Below, one piece after another: positions 35,722 to 47,720 of a stretch of 49,528 nucleotides of DNA. Numbering within the stretch: position 1 is the stretch's first letter; each line of letters begins with the position of its first letter. This DNA comes from Nemertoderma westbladi. Taxonomy: Eukaryota; Animalia; Xenacoelomorpha. Position numbers and translations under genes: made by a program. The stretch spans positions 1 through 49,528 of the forward strand of contig JAUCBJ010005618.1 of assembly GCA_032718475.1 (NCBI GenBank), read 5' to 3'. Under the pieces are notes generated by a model. The model did not search any database. It worked only from the letters and a program-made list of their open reading frames with translations, and was not told where the DNA came from.

Positions 35722-38700
35722 CTAGTCCCCACACACTGAATTTATAATTAGATCGATCTCATCACGGTTAAAACCCAAAATATCGATTTCATTATTGCGG
35801 TAATTAAGTAGTTCTTTAATTAATTGAATAGCGCCCGGATCCCCGTTTTTATACCACTTTCTTGATGCTACCTGCTTGAACATGAGCTTCAGTAAGTTCA
35901 ACTCTTGACAAAAGTTTCCAATGCGGCGGAAGTTAACCCCACTGACTGTTCTACAATCCGGCAGAGAGACATTCGCGAGAAATCTGACACATAATTTATT
36001 GCTGTTGAGGAGAGACTGTGCAAAAGAAACAAACCGGCTGCAAATCATTGACATCGGATGCGGAAAAGTACACAAACCCTCCACAATATAACAATGAGTT
36101 TTGTAGGGAAGGTTGTAGACCGTACGGACATTAATATTCCACGCGTGGCCCACACGCTGCGCTCCATCCGACCAGATATCCCACAAACTGCTACCATACA
36201 AACACATCGCATATCTTCTTTGTATTTCAAACAAACACGATGGATATGAGAATGAAAATTCCTGGTGTAAACTCCGTAATTTGCCTATAAATTGTCCTCT
36301 CTTACGAGTCATGTCTTGATCAAAGCTGCAGTTATAATCAACAATATTGCCAAGGTGCATCGCCTTCTTAACCCACGGAAGCTTAACGCCATCAAGTTTA
36401 ACGTTATTACTAGGCTCAGACCAACGTTTTACAAACGGGATACACTTTGATTTGCTTTTTGCTGGGTCACTATCGCGGCTGAATTTTAATTTGTATTTCA
36501 AAGAGAATTCCTCACAAATCGAGATCATAAATTGTAGACCAACTATTGTAGTACATAATAACAATAAGTCATCGGCATATGCCAATACACCGAAATACAC
36601 TGAACTGATACTGCAACCAACCTTGGACTTACGAAGAGCCACAATCAGTTTGTCTACAATGATACAAAAAAGAACCGGCGAGGCTACCGAACCCTGCCTG
36701 ACGCCATTCGAAACCAAAAAAGGATCCGATAAATTGTTACCCCATTTTACACAACATGACTGTTCCTTGTACATCCACAGAAGCACCCTTACAAACAAAA
36801 CCGAAAAACCTTTCTTTAGTAACTCCATAAATAATGTTACCCAATCCACCATATCGAACGCTTTCGATAAATCAAGAAACCACCCATAGACTGGGGTTGA
36901 GAACCGCGAATAATGCGAAATGACTTCTTTAGCAGTCCATGTACAGCTGGTGGTACTCGAACCTTTTTGAAAGCCAAACTGAAGTTCATCTACAAGAACT
37001 CTGTCCCCTTGAGAAAGTAGCATTACCCACTCAAACACCTTAATAAGTAGTGAAGATAACGCTATTGCCCGGTAATTATTTGATTTACTGAGATCACCCA
37101 AATTGTCTTTAACCAATGGAACAAGAGAACAAGTTAGAAGGTACTTAGGGACAAACCCATGAATGAGGAAGCTATTGAACATTGTCGCAATGTGTGCGTG
37201 TAGTAATTCTCCTCCATTAATCAGACAATCGGAATTAAAATCAAAAAGAATATCAGATTTCGAGTGTTTCAGTTTGAGTATAGCTGCTCTGACAAGTTCT
37301 GGAGTGATTTTATCCGAATCATGAACGGAGTAGCTGCTCAATTTAACAATAATTTCCTGGTCTAGCGCATTACTATCTGTACCATATTCCTGGTTGAATA
37401 GCCTCGAGTAAATCGATGCAAAATTACCTGCAATCCCCTTACCATCTGCAATTCCATCAATGGTGCTGCTCAGCATACCGCATTTACGCCCACGCAAATT
37501 CTTTATCATACTAAAAATATCATTATTATTATCCAGGCACGCTTGTAAAAATTTATCTCTCTTTACTGTATCACTCGACTTTTTTAGACGTCGTACTGCA
37601 TATTTATATTGTGCTCTTGATGAAAAACGTAAATAAAACAAAATACCGTTATTTGCATCTGGTTTACCAGCTGCACACCACATATTATGCCAGAACATGG
37701 CTTCCGTTTTATACGGCTTCACATAATCATTCCACCCCGGCCATTGTTTATTATTTGAAGCACCTGATACCGGTAAACAATTACATGCTGCTTTATCAAT
37801 AGCATCTAACACCTCAAAACAATAACATTCTAAATCAATTGTGTGATCTGGGTTGTCACACAAAATAATGCTACACTGGCTACATTCTAAATTAAGATTA
37901 TTGAGTGAATTATTTAAACAACTAATAAAATTTTCCTTTTCTGTATCATTTGCCTTTTGAAAATTATGCTTCCGTTTATTCACGTTGTCTGATACATCGG
38001 GTACAGAATTTATATGAACGTAATTAAATTGTGCATAAATAGGGCTATGGTTAGATAAATTATCTCCCGAATGCACAACCCCACAATCAAGACATATTAT
38101 CAATAAGAGTACTCGAACACATAAAACGATCAATTAACGATGTACTTATGGTGTTGTTGGCACAAAACATATATGTATAATCTGCCTCGTGGAAATCCCA
38201 TAAGTCTACAAGACCAATCTCATTGAAAAATGATTGTACTGTACGAACATGTGCCGTGGATCGCACAAAATCGGTATTCAGATCTCCCGCTAGCAATGTA
38301 AGGGGCGAACCGTTGTTATTTAAAACTGTACGAATGTCGTTCAATATTATCAGGAGTTCATCTGACACTGTATCATGTAACTGTGGATCAACAGGAAAAT
38401 ACGCATTTAACAAAAGCAATGGGTTACTTTCACCGGGCAAAAATAACTGAACAGCCTGCAAACGATAATTACCAGTTTTTACTGTATTAACATTAATAAA
38501 TTTCATCAATTCTCTTTTAATAAATATACATAGTCCTCCTACCGGACGACCACGTTGCTGCTCATTACGATAGACCGCAGGTTCTATAGCACAATAAAAT
38601 TCAGAAAATGCATTACGTATTCGATAACTATTATCTTTTAACATAAAATGTTCCTGCAAACAAATGATATCCGACCCCAACGAAAGCACCTTCAAAAAGT

Positions 38701-38803
38701 CAATTTTATTATCTGCAAAACCTGTGCTGTTGTACGAGACAAATTTAAGTTTACTAAGACTTAGACTACTATTAGGTTCAGTTAATGGTGGTGGAGTAGC
38801 CAT
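35722..38803 (-). CDS. LINE ORF2 (APE endonuclease plus RT) with one frameshift near 38090
   Basis: SYNSTG, LQEH, GDLNTD, IDRF, SNH(SPI); YRAIAL, LQFGF, FLDLSKAFD, GVRQG..SPVLF, YADD, HLG. Confidence 0.88.
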
Positions 38804-38878
38804 GATGTGATATATACAAGCGATAATAATAATATGCCATAAAAAATAACAAATCAGACTATATATACACTATGCTTA

Positions 38879-40050
38879 CTAAACAACCTGGGGCGGGGGG
38901 TCCCTCCGATCGACGTTGGAGCTAGGATAGAATACATACTTGCGAACACACACTCCCGCAGGCCAAATTTCTGGATTCAGCAACTCCTCTAGTTTATCGA
39001 CCGAATAAGAAACCCGGATGCTCATCGTGCGCGCATCATCGTGAGACATTTTTACGATATCTTTCTCTGTAACGGTAATGTTACTGAACTTGAGATCTTC
39101 TACGATATCAGCTGCTGTAGTACCTCGTTGCAATCGGAAAACAAACACCGAGCCCGGAGCGGCTTTAGATCTGAAGGATGAACTACCGCCGGGACCGGAT
39201 TTACTCTTTGTGCCCGTGCCCATAACGTACTCCGGTCGCTGGCGTCTTCTCTGAACCAACTGAAAGGGAAGTTCGTTGTCTTATCCTCCGGATTGCGCGA
39301 CGGCGACAGCCGCGGACGTTTGCTACTCCCATTCCCGTCGCCCTGGGGGGCTACGGTATTTGGAATACCTTGAGATCTCCCACTTTGTCCACGGGTTGGC
39401 GTTACGTACCGACGTGGACCACCCTGTCTTGGCGACATCCCTTGGAGGTGCTGCGTAACATCAGCATACGGAGGTTTGCGGGTAGCTGGTGGTGGCGCTA
39501 ATGACCCTGGTCCATGGGGACCATAACCTGGCAAGGGAGGCGGTAACACCCCTGTCGAAGGCGTTCCCCACCCGGATCGCGAGATGGTAATCTTAGAATC
39601 AATACTAGATATTGACTCTTTCATCTTGTCAACCTTTTCATCCAACAATGATAACCTACTTAGCATTTGTTTCTGAAATACTTGACCCCGTACCCATACC
39701 GGTACCAGCACAACCAGATTTAGATAAGGCCACCCCGAAACGCGGGAGGGACAGGGCCTCTAATGCCCCTACAGCGATAAATGGCAACAGCCCATCTTTA
39801 TCGAGATCAACCATTCTCTCCCAAGTGTCCTTCAGATTGGCTTGGGCTGCGGTCCTCTCAGCAGACTCACGACGAGAAACCATCTCCAACCCCACCTTCT
39901 CATAGAGTGCGGACTTCGCCTGCAAAATTTCTTCTGGAGTAAATCTCGCTAAACATAACTCGCTACACGCAGCGTGCGTTTGCGAACTCAAACCTTGTAA
40001 TAACACAGTTAGGCAGGAGTTACGTTTCCCCTAAAGGGAAACACCATCGC
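38879..40050 (-). pseudogene. LINE ORF1, frameshifted (pieces 39656-40006, 39100-39711, 38879-39259)
   Basis: FTPEEILQAKSALY N-terminal block, short coiled coil, P/G-rich linker, and a C-terminal RRM-like VFVFRL...WPAGVCVRKY typical of ORF1 in this LINE group. Confidence 0.75.
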
Positions 40051-40659
40051 CAGACTTGAACCTTTGCGTAAATAATTAGTCAGACATTTACTTATTGTAT
40101 TGTGCCGCCTCACACTTGTGGTACTGTATATTAGTGGAATATAATATATGATCAATTACCGTTATAGACTGAGCGAAACATTGAGCAAATCAATACAATT
40201 GTGGGGAAGAAGGAATAAAAGTGATTCACTAGAACGGCCTTCCATTGAAGGTACACTAGCGCCATTACCGTTCAGTGACTCAGACTGGGTCTTTTACTCG
40301 CATTCTTATGTGCTCTAGAAAACAATCGGAGGGAGTCAAAATATATAAAATAGAGGTTAAAAACGTCTTTTTTGTCAAATGCACCAACAGAAACTCCATA
40401 GATAATGTGTCATAGATAATCCCACCTACCTTCTACACCTCCCCACCCTCCCCCCCCCCCCCCCCCCCCCCTCCTCCCAATAACAAAGATTGTGCACAGG
40501 TTGGTCCTCATGGCAAAAGCAGTGTCTTGCGAAGCGGAGGTTGCTTTGTTACACCAAAATTTGGTACCCGCCGCAAAAAACAGGTTTAAAATTTCTGGCA
40601 TATTTTATGTGTAATCCATTGTAATGTTCTTGGTTCGAAGTATAATAAAATATTGAATG

Positions 40660-40900
40660 GGAGAATCTTTTAGGCTCTTTAAGCCAAGGAATGCCTGTTC
40701 ACCACCATGGGTGATCTTCCACAGGAAACCCTTCCACTATGTTACCCAAGTTGCCTTGGTTCCCATTTATCGACCACTAAAGGATGAAAGCCGGGGTTGG
40801 GCTAGGCTGCAGCATTTAAAGCACTGTGCCCAAACAGTGCTGCCCAATCTAGGGATCGAACCAGGGCTCCCTGATCGGAAGCCCAGTAACGTCACCACTA
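40660..40900 (-). mobile_element. tRNA-derived SINE with a Deu/Nin-like core
   Basis: Minus strand tagtgg (partial A box), ggttcgatccc (B box), then gctttcatccttt.gtggtcgataaatgggaacc. It sits between two fragments (about 40551-40596 and 41201-41310) matching the 18411-19608 element. Confidence 0.65.
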
Positions 40901-41559
40901 TAAAATATTAGAATGTAAAGAAACAAACAGAACACAATAAACCGATAATACGCCTAGTAACTGAGCAGGTGTTGTACCTGTTTTTATACAAAAACACAGA
41001 CAGAATATAATGTACAGAATGAATAGATCGAATAGAATGTCCTATCCAATCGGATGAAAACAACTGCACAAACTGCATATGGGGCGAGCCACATGCTAAT
41101 ACTGTCTAACATGCATATGGGGCGAGCCATATGCTATATGTTTGCAAACCAGCACCATATGTATTATGATACACTTACACTACATCCATCTAATTGCGAA
41201 CACCAAAAAACAGGTGTAACTCAAAGATAGAGTTTTACAAATCATATTTCATGAAATGAAATTTTCAAAAAAAACGTCTCAATAAGTGCCAAAAGTAGGG
41301 TTTAAAAAAAGTGTTCCTCATCACGCAAGCATTTCATCCCCGAATTTAACCAAAAATTTCTAACCGGCTGCTGAAGAATTCCATGTAGGAATTTGTGCTA
41401 TATCCTTCATCAACAGTAATTTGGACCAAAAGCTTACTGCGAAAAAAAATGCGAGAATCTTTACACTATATGACACAAAGAAAAATTATTTACCACAAAT
41501 AAATAAATTATCAGTTATCATACCTACAACTATTAAAGCATGCAAAATTTCTTTCAATG

Positions 41560-41645
41560 AGCAGTAGTGTACTACTTTCGATCGGCATGCTGCATTGCAG
41601 CTGAATTATATATAAATTACAAATATATTAAGAATGATGTGCCTA
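41560..41645 (-). mobile_element. Short RTE 3'-end remnant
   Basis: gatcggcatgctgcattgcagctg and ttaagaatg.tgtgcc match 46949-46995. Confidence 0.6.
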
Positions 41646-41882
41646 TACAATGGCAAACCAGGGTGTGGTATTTCCCCTGAGAGCTGATTGTACAGTACGA
41701 CTGTATACCGATAGCGATTATGATGTTGTTAATTCTTGAAGACGAATCCCCCATCTGATCTCTGAATGTCACTTTCATTCATCCACATACGGAATGTACA
41801 GATCAGTCAAACTGATGCGAGTCTCCGAATAGGAGGCGGTTTGGGGTTCCTGTATTGAACCTTCTAGGCGTTCTAGAACCTT

Positions 41883-41948
41883 CTAGGAGTTCTGGGGTGG
41901 ACTTAGTTGGTAGATTACAGTGAAGAATGTGAAGAAAATACCGCTCAG
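41883..41948 (-). CDS. Gustatory receptor-like gene B, last exon
   Basis: Strong acceptor ttttacttttattttctttag, phase 0, LSGIFFTFFTVIYQLSPPQNS*. This is a variant (TF-x5-QL) of the TY-x5-QF TM7 signature. Confidence 0.82.
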   Translation of the reverse strand: MSGIFFTFFTVIYQLSPPQNS

Positions 41949-43143
41949 CTAAAGAAAATAAAAGTAAAATATTATTACTTATTTTATTTTTAAAGTGAGT
42001 CAAATATGTCAGGAAATAAAGAGACATAAACTGGAAGTAAATCCCTTCATATAGAATTAATATCTCGTCTTAATGTAGATATTACTACCCCCATGGCAAT
42101 AAAGTACATTTCATTCTGGTGGACGGCATACTATATTAAAGGCATGAATTATAGATGAGTATATTTTCAGTATTATGGAACAGCGTCATAGTTTCGAAAT
42201 ATAGTGCCTAATCTAGTAACAATCTAATCTAATTTAGATTATACCACTATTTTAATTATTTAGTGATGAATTAATATTCTCGAAGTTCATGACTAATAAT
42301 AACCTATGCATAACTACCTTATTCTACCCCCATGTTACATTGTTTTACATTATATCAGGGGAGTTCAATATTAATCAAACAAACGCAACATCTTACCACG
42401 CCTCTCATTCGCATTCACAGGACCAATAAGATGCCTTGCTTAACTGAGAGAAGTTCTTATGTTATGAATAACCTTTGACATATTAATTATCGACATCACC
42501 TTTTGGATTTATTACTTTTCGCCAATATAAATCGCGTGAGCATCTAATTATTTTCCAAAAAATTGTTATATTGGTACTTCTGACAACAAAATTAGCAGTT
42601 TATCTACTTAGATTATATCTGTAGCTGTAGATGGTTGTAAACAGAACTACGTCTTGTGGGGCGAGTCAATAATGCGAACCATCGGATATCTGTTATAATT
42701 ATACTAGGCGACGGCTGTTTTCCAAAAGTCTGTGGGTGGGGTGTGTTTGTGTGTCGGGGTCTGTCTGGTCTGTGTCGAGAGCCAATATGTATAATTAACC
42801 ATACAACAATTATAATTGCTCGCTGATAAGGCTTTGCTGCATGAAGGTCCAACTCGTGTTTAATCTGTAAACTGGAAGTAAAAGCACATCTTCCTGCACA
42901 ATTACCACTCTCAATATCTAAATATTGAACATTCCTCGAAAATGGTTGGTCTGGTCGTCGCTAATGTTATAACGGTAAAGAAAAGAAAAGAACTGACTTA
43001 CCGGACTCCTCAAATTCCAACTTGGCATTCCAGTTAACATAAAACAGTAGCGAAATAATTTTTTATTTCTGTACAGATCAGGGTTATTATTCCCATATAT
43101 TTCAGTTGTGGGAGTAAGCTGCTTGTGGTCGCAGCTCCTACAA

Positions 43144-44235
43144 ACAAGTCCCTAAAAGGTGCCACCGTGCTCCATAGCGCGGGAAATTCAAATGATTGAA
43201 AGACATGTTTTTTGTGACTGGAAAGGGTGGCAGATCAGATCTGCCACCTATATTTTGGCGGTAAATTCAAATCTGTTTTAACATGAATACATGAATAGAG
43301 TAAAGACTAATGTAATTAATTTGTTTATACATTATGTAAAAACAATAACAAATACACCAAACAATGTACCGGTATAAAGGTATTGTCAACTAATTAAATC
43401 AGAATAATTGAATCAGAATAAAATATTTCTTATCGGTTTAACTCACTCATCCGTCATTGTTGTTGTTTTATCTATTCTGGGGCTTCGAGCAGCACGTGAA
43501 CAACTAAACTGAACTGTTAAGGCCTACTGCACATGCAGTAGCGGTAGCTACTACAGTAAAAAGTTTACAGTATGAAGTCTACTGCTCTAGCTCCTTGACC
43601 TTTTAGTACGTACCCACGTACATATTGCAGCACACTGTAAGTCCCAGACTAGTTAACCAGTCAGCTTAGATGTTCACGTGCTGCTCGAACTCCCAGACTA
43701 GTTAACCAGTCAGCTTAGTTGTTCACGGCTGCTCGAACTCCCAGACTAGTTAACCAGTCAGCTTAGTTGTTCACGTGCTGCTCGAAGTCCCAGACTAGTT
43801 AACCAGTCAGCTTAGTTGTTCACGTGCTGCTCGAAGTCCCAGACTAGTTAACCAGTCAGCTTAGTTGTTCACGTGCTGCTCGAAGTCCCAGACTAGTTAA
43901 CCAGTCAGCTTAGTTGTTCACGTGCTGCTCGAAGTCCAGACTAGTTAACCAGTCAGCTTAGTTGTTCACGTGCTGCTCGAAACCCCAGAATAGATAAAAC
44001 AACAACAATAACGGATGAGTGTGTTAAACCGATAAGAAATAATTTATTCTGATTCAATGAATTACATTAGTCTTACTCTATTCATGTATTCAATGTTAAA
44101 ACAGATTTGAATTTACCGCTAACATATAGGCGGCAGATCTGATCTGCCACCCTTTCCAGTACAAGTTGCATGTCTTTCAATCATTTGAATTTCCCGCGCT
44201 ATGGAACAGGGTGGCGGCACCTTTTAGGGACTTGT
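43144..44235. mobile_element. Foldback/Mutator-like element with long TIRs and 9-bp TSD
   Basis: TSD ctcctacaa at 43135-43143 and 44236-44244. Inverted arms about 43144-43507 versus 43958-44235. Seven 49-bp tandem units at 43641-43981. Confidence 0.9.
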
Positions 44236-44279
44236 CTCCTACAAGCATCTTTGCTGTAGGGTGCAATTTGCTGCCATTG

Positions 44280-44370
44280 GTGGTTGAAGATCTTGAATTC
44301 ACACTTCAAGAACGTAGAAGCAGCAGATATCCGGCAACTACAGTCACAGACACCGAATTTACGGGTTAAT
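44280..44370 (+). mobile_element. Tiny RTE RT fragment
   Basis: DLEFTLQERRSSRYPATTVTDTEF resembles the RTE segment just before the FADD motif. Confidence 0.5.
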
Positions 44371-44493
44371 TCTCTGTCTCAAGTATACATTTTATACAAT
44401 TTATATAACAGTTTAATATAGTTTAATATTATAGAAATCCATCATTAATAAACTATAACTGCATAACGTTTATTTATATAACAATACACTTAC

Positions 44494-44652
44494 AGTAAGT
44501 AACAATGGTTTTGTAATGATGAACAGTTCCCAACAGGTAAATCCCACATTTCGTTGATTTAGTTTGTGTAGAAAAACGTTTAGTTGAAGAAGTTCTGTAT
44601 CAGTTGCTGAATTTAGTTTTGCTTTGTACAACACCTCCAGCGGCTTCTGAGC
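44494..44652 (-). CDS. Gustatory receptor-like gene B, penultimate exon
   Basis: ttttgtctttag acceptor, gtaagt donor, 159 nt, phase 0/0: AQKPLEVLYKAKLNSATDTELLQLNVFLHKLNQRNVGFTCWELFIITKPLLLT, the typical GR pre-TM7 segment. Confidence 0.88.
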
Positions 44653-45227
44653 CTAAAGACAAAATAAATATACAAAAAAAAAACAATATAATAGATTATT
44701 ACTTTATGACCCGTGATATAGTGTCATTTTCTGATGATGGACGACACCCCCATATTTAATTCTAAAGATATATTTATTTTATTATATTTATTTTATCATA
44801 TTTTTTATCTCTCTGTATATTTTATTATATATTTCAAGCAAGTTTTCAGAAAAAACATAATACAGTTAATTAGTTTGCAGAATTTGAAAAACAATAATAA
44901 ACTTTATAGAATTGGGACTGCTTCATTTGAGGGTGGCAAATACCATGCAAAACCCTTGAAGTGTCATCGTCACTTGATAATATCAGGGTTGCATAAATCA
45001 AATAATTTAATTTAATGAAACCAAACTATGACTGAATGAGTAGATCATATCAACAAGGTTAACAACATGGTTAAACTAAAATTGAAAATGTATATGGAAC
45101 CAAAATATCCACTCTTTTTAAGAACATGGCAATGGAGATTTTAGATATACCCATGTAAAAATTAGATCTATTGTACCACATAAATAATGAGGAAGTTAAA
45201 TAATACTAGTTTAATAGGAATAACTAC

Positions 45228-45468
45228 CTCTTCATTCAAATGTGCGGCGACAACTGCTGAAACAACTACTATTCCTCCTAGCAACATCAGCCACATTAGC
45301 AGCATAGACAGCATTATTGGATTGGTTATGGTGAAAGTAGCAGCCCCTTTCCAAAGAATGTAGTACAGCATTAGACTTATGTTCAATATATTGGTCACAA
45401 ATATTGTAAAGAGTGGAAATGCAAACACACAATCGGCATCTTTCACCATTGTAGCCAAATATTCGTAT
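45228..45468 (-). CDS. Gustatory receptor-like gene B, exon encoding TM5-TM6
   Basis: Phase-2 acceptor (tatacag), YEYLATMVKDADCVFAFPLF...AAHLNEE, phase-0 donor gtagtt. Confidence 0.85.
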
Positions 45469-45547
45469 CTGTATACAATGGATAACATTGTATAATTATT
45501 TATTAATTACATAGTTCATTACAGTAGTAGGGGCGTACTTGTATTAT

Positions 45548-47684
45548 TGTAATTGTGAGCGGATTCAATTCCGCCTCATTACCCTCATAAAATGGGAAGT
45601 GGCACCTTTTTCAGCAATATTGGAGATACGAGATTGGCGACAACCAATCTCGTATCACAACCAATAATCGGGGATAACACAAACCCCAAAAGCCACACAA
45701 AGGGAGGTTAGAGGTCAAATCACCTCGGGAGGGGAAACAACCAGCAGGGGCCAACAGCAGGGGGAAACACTCCCAGAGAGGGGAGAGGCGTGAAGTAGAT
45801 TATTAGCCAATAGGGGCAAGGGAAGCATCCACTGAACAAAGGCCAGAGTAATGTAGTAATTATACATATATATATTATCCTACTACCGGTCTGTGAAATC
45901 AGTTATTCAGTTATTGGTTTATAGTGCAGACTGGTGACAATCTTCACCGTCACCAATATATCTACATACCGGTACCCTATACAGCTATAGCATTCGCTAC
46001 CTTTGTGCTATCATTCAGTTATTGTCAGTCATTATATTAACACAGAGATAACAACAAACTCTTTATTTCACTACTGCGGTGACGCGTTGTCTACTGAACC
46101 GGTCGGGATCCCTTGATCCCGTCACAGTGAAGATTACCCCAACCACTATAAACTAATAAAGATGAGCGCAGGAAGACCCCAACTGTCAGAGGGAGAGAGG
46201 ACACCGCCGCGGACCCCGGATGATACCAACCAAACGATCCATGAGGCAGCGACGCGACGGTACCGACCTGCGACGCCGGATTTGCCGACGAGGGACGATC
46301 CGGCATCCCAAGAGGAGGGCGGCCATCTACCACGAGGAAGGGACGAGTCGACGCACGACGGCGGTCGAAGTACCGAAGTCGCCGGCCAGCCACAGGCCGA
46401 GGGCGATGGACGGCCCACCGGAACGGCGATGGTGGGGCCGCCGGTACGACGCCGAACCAGGAGAGGAGGAGGAGATGTCGGTGAAGAGGACGTCGGGACC
46501 AGCGATTGGCTTCGACGGGCCTACAACGCCACCAAGAAACTGTTGAGGGAGGCCAAAGAGGGAGAGAAGGTAAACCAGGGGAAGTTGAGCCAGCGGCTAG
46601 GTGAGTCGAATAAACATTTCAGATATCTAGTCCGTTTCGGTCAGGGAGAATTGGCGAGTGAGAGAGCGAGGGGGGTCGCCACCGAACTATTCGAACTGTG
46701 GCGATCCGGGGTTATGGAGCCTGAAGTGGTGTACGTAGGGCCATATTTAGTGGATGCTAGGGGAATTAAGTTAGTGGGTTGGGCAGATCCGCACGAGGGG
46801 AACCCGAGGTTAACCCCGAGGATTTGGTCGCTTCGGTTTGCGAGAACCCCAGAAGGCGGGGGAAAGTTAGTAGGACAGGGAGGCGACGGGAGTCCGTCAC
46901 GACCGATAAGTCCGTTACATCCTCTACTACTACTACTACTACTACTAGGATCGGCATGCTGCATTGCAGCTGCATTTTTAAGAATGCTGTGCCGGCTTGT
47001 CAACAAAATTGCACCGCCACAACTCCCTATCACCCATGACATTTGCTAGATCATCCGCATCTTTAAGGCCAGTGTCCTTTAAGATGCGTCTCAAGAAAGT
47101 CATGGGCTGTCCACCATGCTTATTCACTCCATTAGGCTGCCAAAGTACAAGATTATGCACTGGCTGGTCCTCACGGCGAAAGCAATGTCCTGCAAAGCGG
47201 AGGCGATTTTCTCATCATCCTCCGCGAAAGCAAGAAGGGTGTTAGAGATAGATCTGGCGTGTCAATTAGACATGGTGGCGCTAGACCAGAAAGAGTTAGA
47301 GAGGCAGTTGGATGAGGGAACTGCGCTGTTGGAGAAAGAGAGGGAGTTGGCGAGGGAGTGCAGAGAGAGGGCCGAGAGGGTGGCCAGGAACTGTAGAGAG
47401 CAAGAAGAGAGGGAGGCAGAGGAGCGCAAGGAGCGATAGAGACGAGAGTAGAGAACGAACGTAAGGAGCGAGAAGCGAGAGGAGAGAGAGGAGCGCGAAG
47501 AGCGAGAGACGAGAGCGGAGAACGAGCGTAAGGAGCAAGAAGAGACGGAGAAAAAGGAGCGTAGAGAGCGAAAAATAAGCAGTAGAGAACGAACACAAGG
47601 AGCGGGAAGCGAGGGCAGAGAGAGTAGAGAGCGAGCGTAGAGAGCGGGTGGCGAGAGAAACAGAGTTAGCGAACCAGAGTTTGC

Positions 47685-47720
<36 letters not shown>

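Larger units (their letters stand above)
33460..35725. mobile_element. Helitron/Helentron-associated non-autonomous element with internal tandem array
   Basis: Core tandem repeats, an (ACG)n microsatellite, a short GC hairpin (gccaac-ttc-gtggc) and a CTAG|T end at 35722-35726. The left boundary is undefined. Confidence 0.5.
35722..40230 (-). mobile_element. Near-full-length CR1/L2-group LINE (Daphne-like by inference)
   Basis: ORF1 pieces followed by APE endonuclease and RT on the same strand. The 5' boundary is approximate, and no 3' UTR or tail is visible. Confidence 0.88.

Noticed and set aside
40898-40960. Alternative last exon for GRL-B (LLGVLSVYCVLFVSLHSNIL*)
   Set aside because: Weak acceptor, lacks the T and Q of the signature, and lies within nested TE fragments. 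41883-41948 fits much better.
43641-43981. CRISPR array
   Set aside because: Head-to-tail 49-bp units with no unique spacers, inside a TIR element.
46162-47049. Membrane protein with poly-Leu segment
   Set aside because: The Leu run is the antisense (TAG)n tail of the inserted RTE, so the ORF is chimeric.
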